From Bacillales bacterium (GTDB lineage: Bacteria; Bacillota_I; Bacilli_A; RF39; UBA660): a stretch of 64,000 nt of DNA. The stretch covers positions 58,817 to 122,816 of the forward strand of contig JAEEJY010000022.1 of the NCBI GenBank assembly GCA_016282155.1. The letters are read 5' to 3'. Of this stretch, positions 9,421 to 20,211 are shown one piece after another (the stretch's first letter is position 1; every line of letters begins with the position of its first letter). Both the position numbers and the translations under genes were made by a program. The notes beneath the pieces were generated by a model. That model had not been told where the DNA came from. It did not search any database and saw only the letters and a list, made by a program, of their open reading frames with translations.

Positions 9421-11007
9421 ATGAAAAAGAGTATTATTAAAGTTGTGTTTGTAGCGTTATTTGCTTTTATATTATATTACTTAGCACTTCCAGCTATAAA
9501 TCCAACAAGTATAGGGTTTTGGGTATATTTAGGAGTTGTTTTATTAGTAGGAGCATTTGCTAATATTGTCGACAAGGTTGATCAAAAAGGTAAAGTTATT
9601 GGTAGTATAAAAGTAGCAGCCATTTTATTTGGAGTAATGGGTGTTATCTTTGGAGGAATTATTATAACTAATTTCTTTTTATCACCAGTATTTAATTCAA
9701 AAAGATTTGCTCATCGTATTGAAGTTAATAAAGAAGGGGACTTCTATAAAGATGTAGCCCAAGTTGATTTTAGTAAAGTACCTTTACTAGATAAGGATTC
9801 AAGTCAAAAATTAGGTGATAGAGTTATGGGACAAATGCCAGAACTTGTAAGCCAATTTTATGTATCTAATTTATATACACAAATAAATTATAATGATAGT
9901 ATTGTTCGTGTAACACCTTTAGAATATGCAAGTTTCTTTAAATACTTATCTAATCATAAAGAAGGAATTAAAGGTTATATAACAGTTAATTCTGTAGATG
10001 GATCAAGTAATCTTGTAAAACTTGATAAAGGTATGAAATATATGGATTCTGCAATCTTAAATGAAGATTTAAATAGAAAATTAAGATTCTCTTATCCAAC
10101 AAAGATTTTTGGTGATAAATCATTTGAAATCGATAATGAAGGTAATCCATATTGGATTGTTCCAACTATTAAATATGTTGGTGTTGAATTATGTGAAGAA
10201 ATAACAGGTGTCGTTATTTTAAATCCAATCACAGGTGAATCTAAGTATTATAAAGTAGGAGATATTCCTACATGGGTAGACCATGTTTATAGTGCTGATT
10301 TAATAATTGAACAAGTTGATGACTGGGGAACTTATACTAAAGGTTTCTTAAATTCAATCTTTGGTCAAAAAAATGTAACTAATACAACAGAAGGATATAA
10401 CTATTTAGTTATGAATGATGATGTATATTTATATACAGGTATCACAAGTGTTTCTTCTGATGAATCTAATTTAGGATTTATTTTAACAAATATGCGTACT
10501 AAAGAAACTAAATTTTATGCTGTACCGGGAGCTGAAGAATATAGTGCAATGGCTTCAGCTAAAGGACAAGTTCAACAAATGAATTATACTTCAACATTCC
10601 CACTTTTAATTAATTTAAATGGTCGCGCAACTTATTTAATTTCTTTAAAGGATAAAGCAGGTCTAGTAAAAATGTATGCTTTTGTTGATGTAAGTGATTA
10701 TCAAAAAGTAGTAGTAACAGATGCTTCTAAGGGAATAGTAGCTGCTGCTAATAATTATCTTTCTAATGTTGAACTAGCTGGTAAAGAAGATAATTTAGTT
10801 ACTAAAGAAGTAACTGTTAAGAGTATTAAAGATGTTGTTATTGATGGTAGTACTTATTATTACATAACTGATACAGAAAATAATAAGTATAAGGTAGCTA
10901 TTACTGTTAATAAAGAATTATTACCATTTGTAGAAAGTGGTTCAAATATTAAAATATCTTATCGCTTAGTTAAAGATGTTATTGAACTGGTAAAAGTAAA
11001 TGGCTAA
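9421..11007 (+). CDS. membrane protein with N-terminal TM helices and a large extracytoplasmic domain, function unknown
   Basis: 528 aa. AGGAGG SD. About 3 hydrophobic helices fall in the first 90 aa. I recognise no catalytic motif. Confidence 0.7.
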   Translation: MKKSIIKVVFVALFAFILYYLALPAINPTSIGFWVYLGVVLLVGAFANIVDKVDQKGKVIGSIKVAAILFGVMGVIFGGIIITNFFLSPVFNSKRFAHRIEVNKEGDFYKDVAQVDFSKVPLLDKDSSQKLGDRVMGQMPELVSQFYVSNLYTQINYNDSIVRVTPLEYASFFKYLSNHKEGIKGYITVNSVDGSSNLVKLDKGMKYMDSAILNEDLNRKLRFSYPTKIFGDKSFEIDNEGNPYWIVPTIKYVGVELCEEITGVVILNPITGESKYYKVGDIPTWVDHVYSADLIIEQVDDWGTYTKGFLNSIFGQKNVTNTTEGYNYLVMNDDVYLYTGITSVSSDESNLGFILTNMRTKETKFYAVPGAEEYSAMASAKGQVQQMNYTSTFPLLINLNGRATYLISLKDKAGLVKMYAFVDVSDYQKVVVTDASKGIVAAANNYLSNVELAGKEDNLVTKEVTVKSIKDVVIDGSTYYYITDTENNKYKVAITVNKELLPFVESGSNIKISYRLVKDVIELVKVNG

Positions 11008-11413
11008 AGCAAAAAAACAAGCATTATTAATTATGCTTGTTGCTGTACTTATATTTATTATTATTTACACGATTAAATATATTGATGCTAATCGTGAATC
11101 AAAAACAACTAAATTTAGTAAAGCTATTGTAGCTACTTTAGAACTTGTTAAAGGAATGACTTTAACAGAAGATTATATTCTTATAGAATTTCCAGACAAG
11201 AAAAATATTATTAGCAAAAATGGTAAAATAACAGGTCTTGATGGCAAAAAATATAATGAGTTTAAAGATGGTTATATTAAATATTATAAAAATGATTTAT
11301 ACGAATTAGAATTATCTGATGGTAATTATTGTGCTCGTAAACAAATAAATGAAACAAGTATCGATATCGATATGACAGGTATTTGTACTAAATTAGTTAC
11401 TCTAGCAGAATAA
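11000..11413 (+). CDS. small membrane-anchored protein, function unknown
   Basis: 137 aa. Overlaps the upstream gene by 8 nt. One N-terminal TM helix. C-terminal Cys pair (DGNYCARK...TGICTKL). Confidence 0.6.
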   Translation: MAKAKKQALLIMLVAVLIFIIIYTIKYIDANRESKTTKFSKAIVATLELVKGMTLTEDYILIEFPDKKNIISKNGKITGLDGKKYNEFKDGYIKYYKNDLYELELSDGNYCARKQINETSIDIDMTGICTKLVTLAE

Positions 11414-11437
11414 AAAAAGGACTTAGTCCTTTTTTAT
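11411..11437. terminator. bidirectional terminator shared by convergent genes
   Basis: AAGGAC / GTCCTT stem flanked by an A7 run and a T-run. The stop codon of the minus-strand gene lies in the loop. Confidence 0.8.
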
Positions 11438-12367
11438 TTTTTTACCTTGATAAGAATCTCTTCTTACCATTTCTTTATCTATTTCATTTAAAACCCCAAA
11501 TTTTTTAATAAGCCAATTTGGTTCTATTAGGTCTTCTTTTTTAGGATCACCTGTAATACGATTAATAACTATTTCTTCTCTTAGCAATTCAAGTTCATCT
11601 ATAACTATATCAACATATTCTTCTCTTGTAAGAACATGAAAATGTTCTTTTTCATACATTTTCGCAAGTTCAGTATTTTTTAAAATATGAAGCATATGTA
11701 TTTTAACACCTTGAATATCTAAATTATTAATGTATTTAACAGTCTCTAGCATCATTTCTTTAGTTTCATAAGGAAGACCATTTATTATGTGGACAACTAC
11801 ATTAATATTTCTTTTTCTTAAGTTTTCCACTGTATTTTTGAAACATTCTAAAGTATGGCAACGATTTATTAACTTAGATGTTTTTTCGTGGATTGTTTGT
11901 AATCCTAATTCCACAGTTAAGTAAGTTCTTTTACTTAATTCTTCTAAGTAATCCATACATTCTTCAGTAATAGCATCAGGTCTAGTTGCGATATTAAGAC
12001 CAATTACATTATCTTGTTTTAAAATAATTTCATATTTTTCTTTTAACTCATCTAAAGGGGCATAAGTATTAGTATTAGCTTGGAAATAACCAATATATTT
12101 ACTGTTAGGCCATTTTCTATTCATTATCTCTTTAATTTTATTAAATTGGGTAACTAAATCATCTTTAACATTACCTGCGAAGTCTCCGGAACCACTATTT
12201 GAACAATAGATACAACCTTTAACTCCTACAGTACCATCTTTATTTGGACAAGAGAATCCTGCGTTTAAACTTACTTTAAATACTTTAGAATTAAATTTAT
12301 GTTTATAGAAATAATCTAAAGTATGATATCTCTTATTATTATCACTATATTTAAAATTATTTTTCAT
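11423..12367 (-). CDS. radical SAM protein, TIGR01212-like (YtqA family)
   Basis: 314 aa. FSCPNKDGTVGVKGCIYCS cluster motif, and an Elp3-like radical SAM core. Confidence 0.85.
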   Translation of the reverse strand: MKNNFKYSDNNKRYHTLDYFYKHKFNSKVFKVSLNAGFSCPNKDGTVGVKGCIYCSNSGSGDFAGNVKDDLVTQFNKIKEIMNRKWPNSKYIGYFQANTNTYAPLDELKEKYEIILKQDNVIGLNIATRPDAITEECMDYLEELSKRTYLTVELGLQTIHEKTSKLINRCHTLECFKNTVENLRKRNINVVVHIINGLPYETKEMMLETVKYINNLDIQGVKIHMLHILKNTELAKMYEKEHFHVLTREEYVDIVIDELELLREEIVINRITGDPKKEDLIEPNWLIKKFGVLNEIDKEMVRRDSYQGKKIKKD

Positions 12368-12480
12368 ACTATCACCAACTCCATAGATTATACCATAACT
12401 ATATGTGAAAAATAGTTGAAAATACTAAAAAAAGAGGAAATTTTATTAAATATTTGTTATAATTAAATAGGAGGTAAAAT

Positions 12481-13914
12481 ATGAAAAAGAAAGATTATAG
12501 TTTAATTACAAGTATTGTTATTTGTTTCTTACTATTAGTAGTTTTAAGTTGGGTTATTCCTACTGCAACTGTTTCAAATAGTACTGTAACAAATGGTAGT
12601 ACTTCACCAGTTGGATTATTCGGTCTTTTATATTATCCTGCTTTAACAGTCGGAACATTTGTCCAATTTGGATTAATGATTTTAGCTATTGGAGGATTCT
12701 ATGGCGTTTTATCTAAAACTGGTGTTTATACAAAATTAGTTGATAGTTTTGTAGCAAGAGTAAAAGGGAAAGAAAAATTATTTGCTATTCTTGTAGTAGC
12801 ATGTTATGCAATTGTAAGTTCTGTGCTTGGAGTTCCTTATGCAATTCTAGTATCAGTACCATTATTTATCGCTGTATTAGAAAAATCAGGATTTAATAAA
12901 ATATCAGCAATTGCTTTAACAGTTGGTGGTATCTTAGTTGGTCAAATAGGTTCAACATTTGGATACAATGTAGCTGGTTTTGCTAGTAGTGCTTTAGGTA
13001 TTGCTGTAACTAAAGGTGTAATTTCAAGAGCAATCTTACTTGTCTTAATCACAGCTTTATATGCTGCCTTTGTTTTAACTAGAAAAGGTGCTTTTGTTAA
13101 ACCTGCTAAAAAAACAAAAGCTGCTGCTAAAGAAGAAGATGTTTTATTCCTAGACAACGAAACTACTTCTAAAAAAAGTATGTTACCAATGATTATCTTT
13201 ATGGTACTTACTAATATCCTTGCTTTAGTAAGTATGTTTAATTGGAATAACGTATTTAAAATTGATATATTTGAAAAATTCTATGAAGATTTAATGGCTA
13301 TCACTGTAGGTGGTAGTTATCCAATTATTAAAAATATATTAGGGATTTCAAATCCATTTGGATACTGGGATTCATATGAATTAGTAGCCTTACTTTCAAT
13401 TATGTCTTTAGTAGTTGGATGGATTTATAGTTTAAAATTCAAAGATATATTTGAAGGATTTATTGGAGGAGCACGCAAGTTCTTACGTCCAGCTATCCTA
13501 GTAATTATGTGTAATATGATTTTTACACTTGTGCTAGTAGGAGCTAATTCAGGAACTATGGTAACTTTCATAACTAATAAGATTACAAATTTAGTAAATG
13601 GATTTAATATCTTCACAGTTATTGGAAGTACTGCTATCGGATCATTCTTCTATAACTATTATTATTATTTATTTAACTCATTAACAACTGTATTTAATAT
13701 AACTTATGGAACTGATGTATATGCTATTATGATGCTTTTAGTTCAAAGTATTTATGGTATTATGATGATGCTTTTACCAACAAGTTTATTCTTAGTAGCT
13801 GGTTTAAGTATGAATGGTGTTTCATATAAAGAATGGGTTAAGTATATTTGGAAGTATTTATTAGTAGTACTTGCCATTATAATATTAGTAGGTATTATCT
13901 TAGTATTAGTGTAA
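12481..13914 (+). CDS. polytopic membrane transporter, probably YfcC / C4-dicarboxylate-anaerobic-carrier-like
   Basis: 477 aa with more than 10 TM helices. The N-terminal LSWVIPT pattern resembles YfcC proteins. The family assignment is tentative. Confidence 0.55.
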   Translation: MKKKDYSLITSIVICFLLLVVLSWVIPTATVSNSTVTNGSTSPVGLFGLLYYPALTVGTFVQFGLMILAIGGFYGVLSKTGVYTKLVDSFVARVKGKEKLFAILVVACYAIVSSVLGVPYAILVSVPLFIAVLEKSGFNKISAIALTVGGILVGQIGSTFGYNVAGFASSALGIAVTKGVISRAILLVLITALYAAFVLTRKGAFVKPAKKTKAAAKEEDVLFLDNETTSKKSMLPMIIFMVLTNILALVSMFNWNNVFKIDIFEKFYEDLMAITVGGSYPIIKNILGISNPFGYWDSYELVALLSIMSLVVGWIYSLKFKDIFEGFIGGARKFLRPAILVIMCNMIFTLVLVGANSGTMVTFITNKITNLVNGFNIFTVIGSTAIGSFFYNYYYYLFNSLTTVFNITYGTDVYAIMMLLVQSIYGIMMMLLPTSLFLVAGLSMNGVSYKEWVKYIWKYLLVVLAIIILVGIILVLV

Positions 13915-13981
13915 AAGAAGCCTTGGCTTCTTTTTTTTCTTTTAAAATTGTGGTAAAATATTAAAAGAATAGGAAGATAAC

Positions 13982-14617
13982 ATGATATATAGATTAGATG
14001 GAAATGATTACAACGTAGAAATTGAAAGAAAAAATAATAAGCACATGTATCTAAGAGTTAAAAGAGATTTAACTATTCATGTAAGTACTTCATATTTTGT
14101 AAGCGATCATCAAGTTAAATTATTCCTAGATAATAATAATGAATTCTTAAGAAAAATGATTGTAAAAAATAGTCATGAACATGAAAAAGAAGAGACATTT
14201 TATTATTTAGGTAAAGCTTATGATATAATAGAATTATCAATAATAGATAATATTGATTTTGTAGGTAATAAAATCTATGTTGATAAAAAGAGTAACCTTG
14301 ATAAATGGTTAAAAAATGAAATGAAAAGAATATTTATGGAGAGATTAAATTATAACTATAATCTTTTTACAGAAAATATTCCTTTTCCTAAATTAAAGAT
14401 ACGAAAAATGACAACAAGATGGGGTGTTTGTAATAGAAGAGATACTTCTGTTACATTAAATAGTGAATTAATAAGAGAATCACTTGATAAAATTGATTAT
14501 GTTATTGTTCATGAATTATCACATTTTGTTCATTTTAATCATTCAAGAGAATTTTGGAATACAGTAGGTAAATATTTTCCAAAATATAAAGAAGTTCGAA
14601 AGGAGATGCGTGAATAA
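13982..14617 (+). CDS. DUF45/YgjP-like (M48 family) zinc metallohydrolase
   Basis: 211 aa. TTRWGVC plus the HELSHFVHFNHSREFW motif. Confidence 0.8.
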   Translation: MIYRLDGNDYNVEIERKNNKHMYLRVKRDLTIHVSTSYFVSDHQVKLFLDNNNEFLRKMIVKNSHEHEKEETFYYLGKAYDIIELSIIDNIDFVGNKIYVDKKSNLDKWLKNEMKRIFMERLNYNYNLFTENIPFPKLKIRKMTTRWGVCNRRDTSVTLNSELIRESLDKIDYVIVHELSHFVHFNHSREFWNTVGKYFPKYKEVRKEMRE

Positions 14618-15840
14618 TGAAAAATATTATAAGAAAAACTAGCAATATATTATTAATTACATCTTTATTATTTTGCTCATTCTTTGTTTCTCCAGTAAGA
14701 ACTAGTGCGAAGACATTACGTGATATTAAAAATGAATATCAAAGAATATTAAATGAGTATAACCAAAATAAAAAAGATCGCCAATTAACACAAGCAGAAA
14801 TTAATAAGATTGGTAATAATATTGCCCTTATTAAAAAGACTATTGAAGATGGTGAAAGAGAAATAATTAAACTTAATAATGAAAATATTGAGTTAGCTGA
14901 AAAGATGGATGAAAAAGATAAAGAAATTAAGAGAATCTTGAATTTCTTAGAAGTGTCTGAAGGAGAAAATGTATATTTAGAATATGCTTTTGGTGCTAAA
15001 ACATTTACCGACTTTATCTATCGTATGGCAATTACAGAACAATTATCTGATTATAATGATAATTTAATTAAAGAATTTAATGAAATGATTGAGAAGAACA
15101 AAAAGAATACTGAGGCTATCGGTAAGAAGAATAAAGAGCTTCAAAGTCAACAAGTCAAGTTAAATACAGAGCTTGCTAAATTAAAGAATCAAGCTAATAA
15201 ATTAATTGAAGATGCAGTAGGGCAAGAAGATGCTTTAAAACAACAAGCAGAAATTATTAAGATGTATGAAAATGATTATCATTGTAAATTAGATGAAGAC
15301 TTAAGTGTGTGTGCAAATAATGCACTTCCACCAGATACAACATTCTGGCGTCCAACTACTTATGGATATATATCTAGTGAATTTGGATATCGTTTACATC
15401 CAACTCAAGGTATTTATAAATTACATACTGGTGTAGATATCGCAGTTAGTGAAGGGACTGCTGTATATCCTGTTGCATCAGGACGTGTAATAACTACATG
15501 GAGTAGATATTATTGTGGTGGTAATATGATCTTCCTTCAACACCGTATTAATGGTCAAAACTATACTAGTGTTTATATGCATTTACAAAGCATGAATGTT
15601 AAAGCTGGTGATATAGTTACAAAGGATACTGTAATAGCTAGATCAGGTGGTGGTCCATCTACATGGGCTTGGGAAACATGTTCAACAGGCGGGCACTTAC
15701 ACTTATCAATTTTATATGGTGTTGCTGGTACTGATTATGTATTATTTAGTAGTACTTATAACAGTAGATTAATTAATCCACGTCAAGTTATTAACTTCCC
15801 AGTAGGAGCTTATTATTACAATCGTACTTCAAGATATTAA
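14617..15840 (+). CDS. secreted coiled-coil M23 family peptidoglycan endopeptidase
   Basis: Signal peptide, then a roughly 200-aa coiled-coil. LHTGVDIA and GGHLHLS are the M23 zinc ligands. TAATG overlap with the upstream gene. Confidence 0.85.
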   Translation: MKNIIRKTSNILLITSLLFCSFFVSPVRTSAKTLRDIKNEYQRILNEYNQNKKDRQLTQAEINKIGNNIALIKKTIEDGEREIIKLNNENIELAEKMDEKDKEIKRILNFLEVSEGENVYLEYAFGAKTFTDFIYRMAITEQLSDYNDNLIKEFNEMIEKNKKNTEAIGKKNKELQSQQVKLNTELAKLKNQANKLIEDAVGQEDALKQQAEIIKMYENDYHCKLDEDLSVCANNALPPDTTFWRPTTYGYISSEFGYRLHPTQGIYKLHTGVDIAVSEGTAVYPVASGRVITTWSRYYCGGNMIFLQHRINGQNYTSVYMHLQSMNVKAGDIVTKDTVIARSGGGPSTWAWETCSTGGHLHLSILYGVAGTDYVLFSSTYNSRLINPRQVINFPVGAYYYNRTSRY

Positions 15841-15858
15841 AATAAAGAAGGTGATATT

Positions 15859-16434
15859 ATGAAAAATTTCGTTAATATTGACTCACTTATTAATATAGGT
15901 AAAAGAAAAATAGCGGTCATTAAATTATTCCCAGAAACTAAAAAAGAAGATAAGAAATATAAATCTTCAAAGATGTATAAATGGTATGAAGCTAAAGAAG
16001 GAGATAATTTAAATAAGATTGTTGAGTCAGTAACAAAAGAATTTCCAGAAACTTTAAATCATTATACAAAAGAAGAATTAATTGAAGAAATTAAAAAAAC
16101 AAACAGTATAACTGGTCAATTAGAAGTAGGTGCTTATATAATTGCGCCTTGCTATATAAGAACTTATTCTTTTGAAGAAAAACAAGTTATGGAAACTAAA
16201 AAAGAAGAGGCTGCTTCTTTAGATGATTTTGAAAAATATACAGTTAAAGAAAACGAGACTTATTTTAATATCGCAAGAATGTATACTGCTGATGACAAGG
16301 AAATTGTTAGATTAGTAGGGAAAATTCAAGAATTAAATGATTACATAACATTAAATCCTGGATTAGTAATAACTATCCCTAATGTTAAAAAATATTTAAT
16401 GCTTCATGAAGAAGAGTTAAAAAAGGTGATTTAA
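15859..16434 (+). CDS. protein with two degenerate LysM-like repeats, no signal peptide seen
   Basis: YEAKEGDNLNKIV... and YTVKENETYFNIARMY...GLVITIP resemble LysM. Confidence 0.55.
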   Translation: MKNFVNIDSLINIGKRKIAVIKLFPETKKEDKKYKSSKMYKWYEAKEGDNLNKIVESVTKEFPETLNHYTKEELIEEIKKTNSITGQLEVGAYIIAPCYIRTYSFEEKQVMETKKEEAASLDDFEKYTVKENETYFNIARMYTADDKEIVRLVGKIQELNDYITLNPGLVITIPNVKKYLMLHEEELKKVI

Positions 16435-16446
16435 TCACCTTTTTTT
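16424..16446 (+). terminator. intrinsic terminator (stop codon in the loop), fused to the next promoter
   Basis: AGGTGA / TCACCT stem and a T6 run. TGTTATAAT follows at 16446-16454. Confidence 0.75.
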
Positions 16447-16470
16447 GTTATAATAACAAAGGTGATTCTT

Positions 16471-18087
16471 ATGAAGGGAACTAATTTAAATCTATCATTT
16501 TCTTTAGAAAAGATATATGAGAATGCTAATTTTGAAATTAATGATTTAGATAAAGTTGGTGTAGTAGGGGTAAATGGTGCCGGTAAAACTACACTTTTTA
16601 AGGTTATCCTTCATGAACAAGAATTAGATTCAGGTAAAATAAGTGTTCTAAATAAAAGAATAGGGTATTTACCTCAAGAAATAATTTTGGATGATAAAGA
16701 CATAACTGTATTTGATTATATAATGGCCGGTAGACCGATAAAAAAATTAGAAAGCGAATTAGTCAAACTTTATGATAAAGTCGCTGTAGCGCCTTTAAAT
16801 GAGCAAAATAAGTTACTTAAAGAGATATCTAAAACTCAAAGTAAACTAGAATATTATGACTACTATCAAGCAGAAAATATTATGCTAAAGATAATTGATG
16901 ATATGAAGATAGATGCTAGTATGTTAGATATGAAATTATGTGATTTATCTGGAGGTCAAAAATCTAAGGTTGCTTTTGCGAGATTACTATATTCTAATCC
17001 GGAAATACTACTTCTAGATGAACCAACTAACCATCTTGATGTAACAACACGCTCTTATATAACTAATTATTTAAAAAATTATCGAGGAATGGTTTTAATA
17101 ATTAGTCACGATGTTGAATTTTTAAATAGTATTGTTAATAAGATAATGTATATAAATAAAAGTAATCATAGTATTTCTATTTATGAAGGTAATTATGATG
17201 TATATAAAAAGAAACTTGCTCATGAACAAGAATTAAAAGAAAAAAGAATTATTGAAGAAGAAAAAGAAATTAAAAGATTAGAAGAATTTATAGATAAAGC
17301 AAGAAAAGCTTCACAAACTAATCATGCTTTAAAGAAAATGGGGAAAGATAGAGAACATAAACTTGCTCAAAAACTTGCTAGTCTTGAAACAAGAGATAAG
17401 AAATACAGTAAGTTAAAACTAAATATTAAACCTAATCGTGAAGGTTCAAAAATTCCTTTGAAAGTAAATAATATTACTTTCCATTATGAGAATAAGGATA
17501 ATTTATATAATAATTTATCTTTCATGATTAGTAACCGCGAAAGATTTTTAATCGTAGGAGAAAATGGTGTAGGTAAATCTACTTTGTTAAAACTTATTAT
17601 TGGACGACTAAAGCCAACTACAGGAAGTATTTGGTATGGTAATAAAACTGATATTGCGTACTATGCCCAAGAATTAGAATTATTAGATTTAAACAAAAAT
17701 ATTCTAGAAAATATTGATACGAAAGATTATAGTGAACGTGAACTTCGAACTATTCTAGGTAGATTTCTATTTTATGGTGATGATGTATTTAAGAAAGTAG
17801 GAGTTTTATCTCCTGGGGAAAAAGCTCGTATTGCTTTATGTAAGATATTGCTAACTAAAGCTAATTTATTAATTCTTGATGAACCAACAAATCATTTAGA
17901 TCCGGAGACTCAAAAAATAATAGGTGAAAACTTTAAAAATTATGAAGGTACGATTATTGTTGTAAGCCATAACCCATCATTTGCTTCAGAGATAGGTATT
18001 AATCGTATGCTTATTTTACCAACAGGTAAGATAACTAATTACTCTGATGAAAAACTAAATTACTATTATGAACTTAACAAGGAATAG
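16471..18087 (+). CDS. ABC-F family ATPase (two ABC cassettes, no TM domain)
   Basis: Two Walker A sites (GVNGAGKTT, GENGVGKST), two LSGG signatures (LSGGQK, LSPGEK), and a charged linker. AAGGTGA SD upstream of ATG 16471. Confidence 0.9.
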   Translation: MKGTNLNLSFSLEKIYENANFEINDLDKVGVVGVNGAGKTTLFKVILHEQELDSGKISVLNKRIGYLPQEIILDDKDITVFDYIMAGRPIKKLESELVKLYDKVAVAPLNEQNKLLKEISKTQSKLEYYDYYQAENIMLKIIDDMKIDASMLDMKLCDLSGGQKSKVAFARLLYSNPEILLLDEPTNHLDVTTRSYITNYLKNYRGMVLIISHDVEFLNSIVNKIMYINKSNHSISIYEGNYDVYKKKLAHEQELKEKRIIEEEKEIKRLEEFIDKARKASQTNHALKKMGKDREHKLAQKLASLETRDKKYSKLKLNIKPNREGSKIPLKVNNITFHYENKDNLYNNLSFMISNRERFLIVGENGVGKSTLLKLIIGRLKPTTGSIWYGNKTDIAYYAQELELLDLNKNILENIDTKDYSERELRTILGRFLFYGDDVFKKVGVLSPGEKARIALCKILLTKANLLILDEPTNHLDPETQKIIGENFKNYEGTIIVVSHNPSFASEIGINRMLILPTGKITNYSDEKLNYYYELNKE

Positions 18088-18125
18088 TTAGTATGTTATA
18101 ATGAAATTGTAAAGAAGGTATAAAT

Positions 18126-18314
18126 ATGGATAATGAATTAAAAGATATTGAGATTACATGTAAGGACTGTGAAACTAAATTTATCTTTACTGTAAAAGAG
18201 CAAGAATTTTATAGAGAAAAAGGTTTTAATACTAAACCTGTAAGATGCAAAGCTTGTCGTGATAAGAGAAAAGCTGACCGTAACAGTAATCAAAGATTTA
18301 ATGAGAATAATTAA
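18126..18314 (+). CDS. small zinc-ribbon protein (CxxC...CxxC)
   Basis: 62 aa. The sequence CKDCETKFIFTVKEQEFYREKGFNTKPVRCKACR has its own SD and a palindromic terminator. Confidence 0.7.
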   Translation: MDNELKDIEITCKDCETKFIFTVKEQEFYREKGFNTKPVRCKACRDKRKADRNSNQRFNENN

Positions 18315-18336
18315 CATGCATATGCATGTTTTTTGT
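18313..18336 (+). terminator. intrinsic terminator after the zinc-ribbon gene
   Basis: AACATGCA / TGCATGTT palindrome followed by a T-run. Confidence 0.7.
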
Positions 18337-18387
18337 TGATAAATAACCTAATATATAGTATAATTTAAGAGCGAAAGAGTGATTATT

Positions 18388-19443
18388 ATGAAAGAAAGAT
18401 TAGAAACTATTGAAGCTCGTTATGAAGAAATTAATAATGAACTTATGAAACCAGAAATAATATCTGATATTAAAGCAACTCTAGCTTTAACTAAAGAACA
18501 AGCTTCTTTAAAAGAAGCCTATGATGCATATCAAGAATATAAGAAAATCGAATCTGGAATTGAAGAATCAAAAGAACTTATTCATGATCCAGAATTAGGT
18601 GAATTTGCTAAAGAAGAGTTAGCTTCTTTAGAAACAAGAAAAGAAGAATTAGATAAAGAATTAGAAATTATCTTACTTCCAAAAGATCCTAATGATGGTA
18701 AAAATATTATTATGGAAATAAGAGGAGCTGCCGGAGGAGATGAAGGTAATATCTTCGCTGGAGACTTATTCCGTATGTATTCTAGATATGCTGAAAAACA
18801 AGGATGGAAAATTGAAGTTTTAGATGAAGTAGCAGGTGAAGCTGGTGGATATGCTCAAATTGAATTCATGGTTAAAGGCGATAATGTTTATTCTAAATTA
18901 AAATATGAATCAGGAGCTCACCGTGTACAACGTGTTCCTGAAACTGAATCACAAGGTAGAGTTCATACTTCAACAGCGACAGTTTTAGTTATGCCTGAAG
19001 CTGAAGAGTTTGATTATGAACTTGATATGAGTGAAGTAAGAATTGATATAACAAGAGCTTCAGGTTGTGGAGGACAAGGAGTTAATACTACTGACTCAGC
19101 TGTACGTTTAACTCATATTCCAACAGGAATAATTGTTTACTCACAAACTGAGAGAAGTCAAATAAAGAATAAAGAAAAAGCTATTAAGATATTACAAACA
19201 AGATTATATGATTATTATCAAAGACAAGCTGAAGAAAAAACTGGTGCTGAAAGAAGAAGTAAAATAGGTACTGGAGATCGTTCAGAAAAGATAAGAACAT
19301 ATAATTATCCTCAAAATAGGGTTACTGATCATCGTATAGGATTTACAATTAATTCTTTAGATCGTGTAATGGACGGTGAACTTGATAAGGTAATTGAAGC
19401 TTTAATCACAGAAGATCAAGTTCGTAAATTAAGAGGAGAATAA
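18388..19443 (+). CDS. prfA: peptide chain release factor 1
   Basis: P-x-T tripeptide context (VPETESQGRVHTS) and the GGQ motif (SGCGGQGVN). Confidence 0.95.
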   Translation: MKERLETIEARYEEINNELMKPEIISDIKATLALTKEQASLKEAYDAYQEYKKIESGIEESKELIHDPELGEFAKEELASLETRKEELDKELEIILLPKDPNDGKNIIMEIRGAAGGDEGNIFAGDLFRMYSRYAEKQGWKIEVLDEVAGEAGGYAQIEFMVKGDNVYSKLKYESGAHRVQRVPETESQGRVHTSTATVLVMPEAEEFDYELDMSEVRIDITRASGCGGQGVNTTDSAVRLTHIPTGIIVYSQTERSQIKNKEKAIKILQTRLYDYYQRQAEEKTGAERRSKIGTGDRSEKIRTYNYPQNRVTDHRIGFTINSLDRVMDGELDKVIEALITEDQVRKLRGE

Positions 19444-19444
19444 T

Positions 19445-20161
19445 TTGACTGATATTGAATATTTAAAAAAATATTTACCGGAGGATAAAATGGAAGAGGG
19501 AATTCAAAAATTAGAAAAAGGAATTCCTGTTCAATATATTGTTGGTAATGTAGATTTCTACGGAAATATTTTTGAAGTAAATGAAAATGTTTTGATCCCA
19601 AGATTTGAAACAGAAGAACTAGTTGATAAAACAATTAATTATATTAATGAATATTTCGATAAAAAAGTTAAGATAGTAGATATAGGAACTGGTTCAGGAT
19701 GTATCGCAATAACTCTTCAAAAAGTTTTAGATACAGAAGTAGATGCTGTTGATATATCTAGTGAAGCTTTAGAGGTAGCTAAAAGAAATAATCTTAATAA
19801 TAAAACAAAGGTTAATTTTATTAAGGGGAATTTACTTGATAATTTAAAAGATAAATATGATGTATTAATTAGTAATCCACCATATATTGAATATGATGAT
19901 CCGGAAGTTATGGATATCGTAAAAAATAATGAACCACATCTAGCGTTATATGCAGATAATAAAGGTTTAGCTTGTTATGAAGAAATACTTAAGAATGCAA
20001 ATAAATATTTAAATAAAAAAAGCTTAATAGCTTTTGAAATAGGATATAAACAAGCAAGTAGTATTAAAGAAATAATAAGCAAGTATTTTAAAGATAGTAT
20101 TGTTAAAGTAGAGAAAGACTTACAAAATAGAGATAGATTTATTTTTATCTTTAATAAGTAA
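19445..20161 (+). CDS. prmC: release factor glutamine N5-methyltransferase
   Basis: GTGSGCIAI SAM-binding motif and NPPY. A TTG start is assumed directly after the prfA stop. Confidence 0.85.
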   Translation: MTDIEYLKKYLPEDKMEEGIQKLEKGIPVQYIVGNVDFYGNIFEVNENVLIPRFETEELVDKTINYINEYFDKKVKIVDIGTGSGCIAITLQKVLDTEVDAVDISSEALEVAKRNNLNNKTKVNFIKGNLLDNLKDKYDVLISNPPYIEYDDPEVMDIVKNNEPHLALYADNKGLACYEEILKNANKYLNKKSLIAFEIGYKQASSIKEIISKYFKDSIVKVEKDLQNRDRFIFIFNK

Positions 20162-20211
20162 ATCTTTCTTTTTAAAGACTTATATAGTAAAATATTAATG
20201 AAGGTGATAAT

